NCBI GenBank assembly: GCA_013360215.1
Contig: JABWCP010000008.1
Coordinates: 1 to 64,000 of the forward strand
DNA length: 64,000 nucleotides
Reading direction: 5' to 3'
Origin: a bacterium
Lineage (GTDB): Bacteria; CLD3; SB21
Shown here: in pieces, positions 60,140-64,000 of the stretch
Position numbering within the stretch: the first letter of the stretch is position 1
Layout of the letters: every line of letters starts with the position of its first letter
Notes under the pieces: generated by a model
The model's input: only the letters and a program-made list of their open reading frames with translations
The model's database searches: none
What the model was told of the DNA's origin: nothing
Translations under genes and position numbers: made by a program

Positions 60140-61453
60140 ATGAGTGCTATTGTTGATATGATACGCAAAGCCGGTGTGGTCGGCGCCGGCGGAGCCGGTT
60201 TTCCGGCACACATCAAAGCCGGTTCCACCGTGGATACCGTAATCGCTAACGGCGCCGAATGCGAGCCGTTGATTCACAAAGATTACGAATTGATGCTGCA
60301 TTATCCGGCGGAAGTCGTGCGTGGCGTCGAACTCGTCATGCAATCCACGGGCGCCAAAGAAGGCATCCTCGGCGTCAAAGAAAAAAACACCAAAGCCATC
60401 GAAGCACTACAGAAACATCTCAAACCCGGCATACGGCTTCATCTGCTGGGTGATTTTTATCCTTCGGGCGACGAATATATCCTCGTATACGAAAGCACCA
60501 AACGTCTGATACCTCCGCAGGGCATACCGCTTCATGTCGGCTGCGTGGTCAATAATGTCGAAACGTTTTACAACATCGCGCAGGCCGAAAAAGGCGAAGC
60601 CGTGACGGAAAAATTTATCTCCGTTTCCGGCGCGGTAAAAAAACCGTTCACCGGGATTGTTCCCGTCGGTGCGACATTTGCCGATGTGATCGCCATGGCC
60701 GGCGGCATTACAGAAAAAGAATACGGTGTTTTTGTCTCCGGGATCATGATGGGCAAACTGACCTTTGATCTGGATCAACCCATCACCAAAACCTGCGCCG
60801 GATTGATCGTACTTCCCAAAGAGCATAAACTCGTGACGCGAAAATCTCTGCCGGAGGAATCCATGCATCGTATCGGCAAATCGGCTTGCGATCAATGCAG
60901 CTATTGTACCGAACTGTGCCCCCGTTATATTTTGGGTTACGATATTCAGCCGCACAAAGTGATGCGCAGTCTCGGATTTACCAAAACCGGTACGGATTAT
61001 TGGAACCAATTTGCTTCTTTGTGTTGTGCCTGCGGCTTATGCACGCTGTATGCATGCCCGGAAAGTCTTTTCCCCAAAGAAGCTTGCGATCAAAGCAAAC
61101 GTGTGATGAAAGAACAAAACATCCAATGGTCAGGCCCGGTGGAAATACAACCGCATCCGATGTACGAAGGGCGCCGCACCCCGCTCAAAATGCTGGTGAA
61201 ACGTCTTGGCGTCACGGATTACGACATACACGCCCCTTATTCCGATCGTCAAGCAACCCCATTTAAACGTGTGATCCTGCCGCTGCAGCAGCACGTGGGG
61301 CAAAAAGCCGAAGCGGTTATTCGCACGGGTGAATCGGTAAAACGGGGGCAGCTTATCGCCGATGTCCCGCAGGATAAAATGGGCGCACCGATCCACGCCA
61401 GCATTGACGGTACGGCACGCGTCGAAGCGGATCGCATCCTTATCGAATCTTAA
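60140..61453 (+). CDS. PduS/RnfC-like flavin Fe-S oxidoreductase
   Basis: GVVGAGGAGFP, NGAECEPL, YPSGDE, two 4Fe-4S motifs, C-terminal PLQQHVG...IHASIDG. Confidence 0.9.
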   Translation: MSAIVDMIRKAGVVGAGGAGFPAHIKAGSTVDTVIANGAECEPLIHKDYELMLHYPAEVVRGVELVMQSTGAKEGILGVKEKNTKAIEALQKHLKPGIRLHLLGDFYPSGDEYILVYESTKRLIPPQGIPLHVGCVVNNVETFYNIAQAEKGEAVTEKFISVSGAVKKPFTGIVPVGATFADVIAMAGGITEKEYGVFVSGIMMGKLTFDLDQPITKTCAGLIVLPKEHKLVTRKSLPEESMHRIGKSACDQCSYCTELCPRYILGYDIQPHKVMRSLGFTKTGTDYWNQFASLCCACGLCTLYACPESLFPKEACDQSKRVMKEQNIQWSGPVEIQPHPMYEGRRTPLKMLVKRLGVTDYDIHAPYSDRQATPFKRVILPLQQHVGQKAEAVIRTGESVKRGQLIADVPQDKMGAPIHASIDGTARVEADRILIES

Positions 61454-61476
61454 AATGTAAATTTGAGGATATTATC

Positions 61477-62028
61477 ATGACTATGAATTCTATCGGATTG
61501 ATCGAACTCGGCAGTATTGCAGCGGGATTTGACACGGCGGATGCGATGCTCAAAGCGGCTAACGTTAACATCTTACTGGCACGTTCGATTTGTTCAGGCA
61601 AATACATCGTGATGGTGGGCGGTGAAGTCGCGGCGGTGCAATCCAGCATTGATGCCGGTGCAGCACAAAGCCGCGGTTCGGTCATAGACACTTTTGTTAT
61701 TCCCAATGTGCACCCGGAAGTTTTTCCTGCGCTCTCCGGAGCGGGCCGATCCGAACTGCGCGAATCGCTGGGCATTATCGAATCGTTTTCTGTAGCTTCT
61801 TTGATCGAAGCGGCCGATGCCGCCGTTAAAGCGGCCAATGTCAAATTGCTGGAAATTCGCCTCGCTATGGCGCTCGGCGGTAAAGCTTTTCTCACCATGA
61901 CCGGTGAAGTCGCCGCCGTTCAGGCCGCTGTGGACGCGGGTTCACGTGTCGTAGCCGAAAAAGGACTACTCGTCAACAAAGTCGTCATACCGGGTCCGCG
62001 ACCGGAACTCCTGACCGAAGTAGTCTGA
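61477..62028 (+). CDS. PduT-like tandem BMC-domain shell protein (BMC-T)
   Basis: Two BMC repeats (SIGLIEL..ADAMLKAA..ICSGK; SLGIIES..AADAAVKAA..LGGK) with the PduT-type Cys. Confidence 0.92.
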   Translation: MTMNSIGLIELGSIAAGFDTADAMLKAANVNILLARSICSGKYIVMVGGEVAAVQSSIDAGAAQSRGSVIDTFVIPNVHPEVFPALSGAGRSELRESLGIIESFSVASLIEAADAAVKAANVKLLEIRLAMALGGKAFLTMTGEVAAVQAAVDAGSRVVAEKGLLVNKVVIPGPRPELLTEVV

Positions 62029-62666
62029 TCAGATAATTTTCTCTCGCGGAGACGCAAAGAAGCTGTATCAAACAAACTTTTTTTGATGCTATACAGATAA
62101 AAAGGTTGTTTTTTATTGATCAATGAAATACCTGAAAACGCTATTTCAACACAAATAATAGATGCTTGTTTTAAAATACATTCTACATTGGGACCAGGAT
62201 TACTCGAATCGGTTTATGAGAACATTTTGTGTTACGAGTTAGATAAGAGGAATCTTCATTTTGAAAGACAAAAAACGATTCCTCTGCGCTATGAAAACAT
62301 GCAATTTGAATCGGCACTTCGCTTAGATTTAATTGTAGAAAATAAAGTTATCGTCGAAATTAAATCGGTAGAAACAGTTTTACCTTTACACAAAAAACAA
62401 TTGCTGACTTATCTGAAAATTTCAGGTTATAAACTGGGCTTGCTGGTGAATTTCAATTCGGCGTTAATCAAAGACGGTATAACAAGAATCGCTAATAACT
62501 TGTAACTTGGTTCATTATGCTCGCTTATAAACTCCTTTTTTTCTTTGCGACTTTGCGAGTAAATATTTGAAATATGACTCTTATTCAACTAAACAACCAA
62601 TGCCGCGACCGGAACTGCTGACCGAAGTAGTCTGATCAGATAATTTTCTCTCGCGGAGACGCAAAG
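61996..62666 (+). mobile_element. putative GxxExxY insertion unit bounded by 64-bp direct repeats
   Basis: 61996-62059 and 62603-62666 are identical except for 1 nt; the repeat includes the last 33 nt of the BMC-T gene. Confidence 0.65.
62116..62505 (+). CDS. GxxExxY protein (PD-(D/E)XK-like)
   Basis: LGPGLLESVYE, RLDLIVENKVIVEIKS, QLLTYLK, GLLVNF; AT-rich; TTG start uncertain. Confidence 0.92.
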   Translation: MINEIPENAISTQIIDACFKIHSTLGPGLLESVYENILCYELDKRNLHFERQKTIPLRYENMQFESALRLDLIVENKVIVEIKSVETVLPLHKKQLLTYLKISGYKLGLLVNFNSALIKDGITRIANNL

Positions 62667-62734
62667 TACACGACGTCGTTCCGGTTTGTACCTTTTTTTC
62701 ATCGCGTCTTTGCGAGCAAACACTATGAATAGAC

Positions 62735-63523
62735 ATGAATCTCAATCTGCAAAATAAAACCGCCTTAGTATGCGGCAGTACGCAAGGCATCGGTAAAGCC
62801 GCCGCAATGGCGCTGGCCGGTCTCGGTGCGCGAATCATACTTTGTGCACGTAACGCCGAGGCGTTGGAAAGTGTAAAAAACGAACTGCCCCAACCGGCTT
62901 CGGCGCACCATACTTATCTGGTGGCAGATTTTTCAAAACCGGAGACGCTTCAGCGAATCCTCCATACGTTTACCGAAAAATCAGGCCCGATACACATTCT
63001 CGTCAATAATACCGGCGGTCCCGCGGGCGGCCCGATCGCGGATGCAGCGACCGATGCGTTTGAGCAAACCTTTCGCCAGCATTTGATTTGCAATCACATC
63101 CTCGCACAAGCGGTAATCCCCGGTATGAAATCATCGGGTTTTGGTCGCATCATCAATGTGATCTCGACTTCCGTCAAACAACCGCTCAAAGGTTTAGGTG
63201 TATCCAATACCATTCGCGCCGCGGTGGCCAACTGGGCGAAGACACTATCGGTCGAACTTGCTCCGTTTGGAATAACGGTAAATAACGTTTTGCCCGGAGC
63301 CACCCTCACACAACGCTTGACCACTCTCATCGCCAACCGCGCCAAACAAAGCGGTCGCCCGGAAGAGGCGATTCAAAAAGAAATGGTGACCGAAATTCCC
63401 GCCGGACGCCTTGGGCAAGCAGAAGATATTGCTGCCGCCATCGCTTTCCTCGCCTCACCCGCGGCCGGATATATCAATGGTATCAATCTGCCCGTGGATG
63501 GCGGAAGAACGGGATGCTTATAA
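62735..63523 (+). CDS. short-chain dehydrogenase/reductase
   Basis: CGSTQGIG, NNTGG, SNTIR in place of YxxxK, NNVLPG, PVDGG. Confidence 0.9.
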   Translation: MNLNLQNKTALVCGSTQGIGKAAAMALAGLGARIILCARNAEALESVKNELPQPASAHHTYLVADFSKPETLQRILHTFTEKSGPIHILVNNTGGPAGGPIADAATDAFEQTFRQHLICNHILAQAVIPGMKSSGFGRIINVISTSVKQPLKGLGVSNTIRAAVANWAKTLSVELAPFGITVNNVLPGATLTQRLTTLIANRAKQSGRPEEAIQKEMVTEIPAGRLGQAEDIAAAIAFLASPAAGYINGINLPVDGGRTGCL

Positions 63524-63526
63524 ATC

Positions 63527-64000
63527 ATGATCTCCGCGCCTGAACCCTCCGAGCTGCTACGTAAAGTTTTCGCTGCGCATACGGAAAATTACGGTGACCC
63601 CGATGTACAGTTTCGCTTCGATCAGCAAAATTCAACGCTGACCGCGCTCAACTACCTTGACGTGTTTGTTTGGGAACCGACGGAAGAAATCCCCATGACG
63701 ACGTTTTCCACCATAGGTATGGCTGAACGTGCAATGCCGGAATGTCCGCATCGCGCCGAAATTCACTGGACACTGCGCGGTAAACTGACGGAAGCACAAG
63801 AGGAAGAAGCCGCTGTTTTTTTACTTAACCTTGCCGCGCTGCCTTTTGTTAAAAATACTTTTTTAGATCATTGGCATGTATTACCCAACCTCAGAATTCC
63901 CCATTTTGGCGGTTGCTCGGCCGGATTGATGCACCCTTCGTTTGTGGATGGCGGCTGGGATCACATGCACGCCGAAAATACCATCGTAAAATTTCTTAAT
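63527..64000 (+). CDS. Suppressor-of-fused (SUFU)-like domain protein, truncated by the window end
   Basis: Open frame from ATG 63527 to the window end: LDVFVWEP..TTFSTIGMA..RAEIH..NLAALP. Confidence 0.6.
   Translation, partial: MISAPEPSELLRKVFAAHTENYGDPDVQFRFDQQNSTLTALNYLDVFVWEPTEEIPMTTFSTIGMAERAMPECPHRAEIHWTLRGKLTEAQEEEAAVFLLNLAALPFVKNTFLDHWHVLPNLRIPHFGGCSAGLMHPSFVDGGWDHMHAENTIVKFLN

Noticed and set aside
60140-62028. Propanediol utilisation (pdu) or Rnf operon
   Set aside because: There is no diol dehydratase, hexameric/pentameric shell gene or RnfABDEG; only the PduS/PduT-like pair is present.

Overview
Bacterial chromosomal window with no rRNA, tRNA, CRISPR array or recognisable transposase. 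2.3-37 kb is one very large + strand type VII (MacAB/FtsX-like) ABC cluster. It has a sigma-54-type promoter, one MacA-like adaptor, two ATPases and 12 divergent ~800-aa permease paralogues, with a four-helix-bundle (IVP/Avd-like) gene and GGSARAY heptamer arrays after the first genes. 37.8-49.4 kb is an accessory tract of small stand-alone genes (YciI/ECF42-type sigma pair, serine hydrolases, NTF2-like, SRPBCC, GNAT, CMD), partly AT-rich and decayed. 49.5-64 kb carries hemH, AraC, arsR-arsC-acr3, a 7Fe ferredoxin, a sulfatase-like membrane protein and rpiB-TDO-PduS-like-PduT-like-SDR. Three observations stand out. (1) A GxxExxY nuclease-fold gene sits inside the arms of a palindromic repeat and is bracketed by a 64-bp duplication of the upstream gene end; gene-less copies of that palindrome form four 130-165 bp tandem arrays in the window, suggesting an autonomous/non-autonomous repeat system. 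(2) A signal-peptide leader ORF ending in LRAPP (likely ribosome-arrest peptide) precedes an SD-sequestered, unannotated 37-aa membrane protein. (3) Heptamer arrays sit at stop codons around the four-helix-bundle gene. All calls come from reading motifs by eye; no database searches were run.
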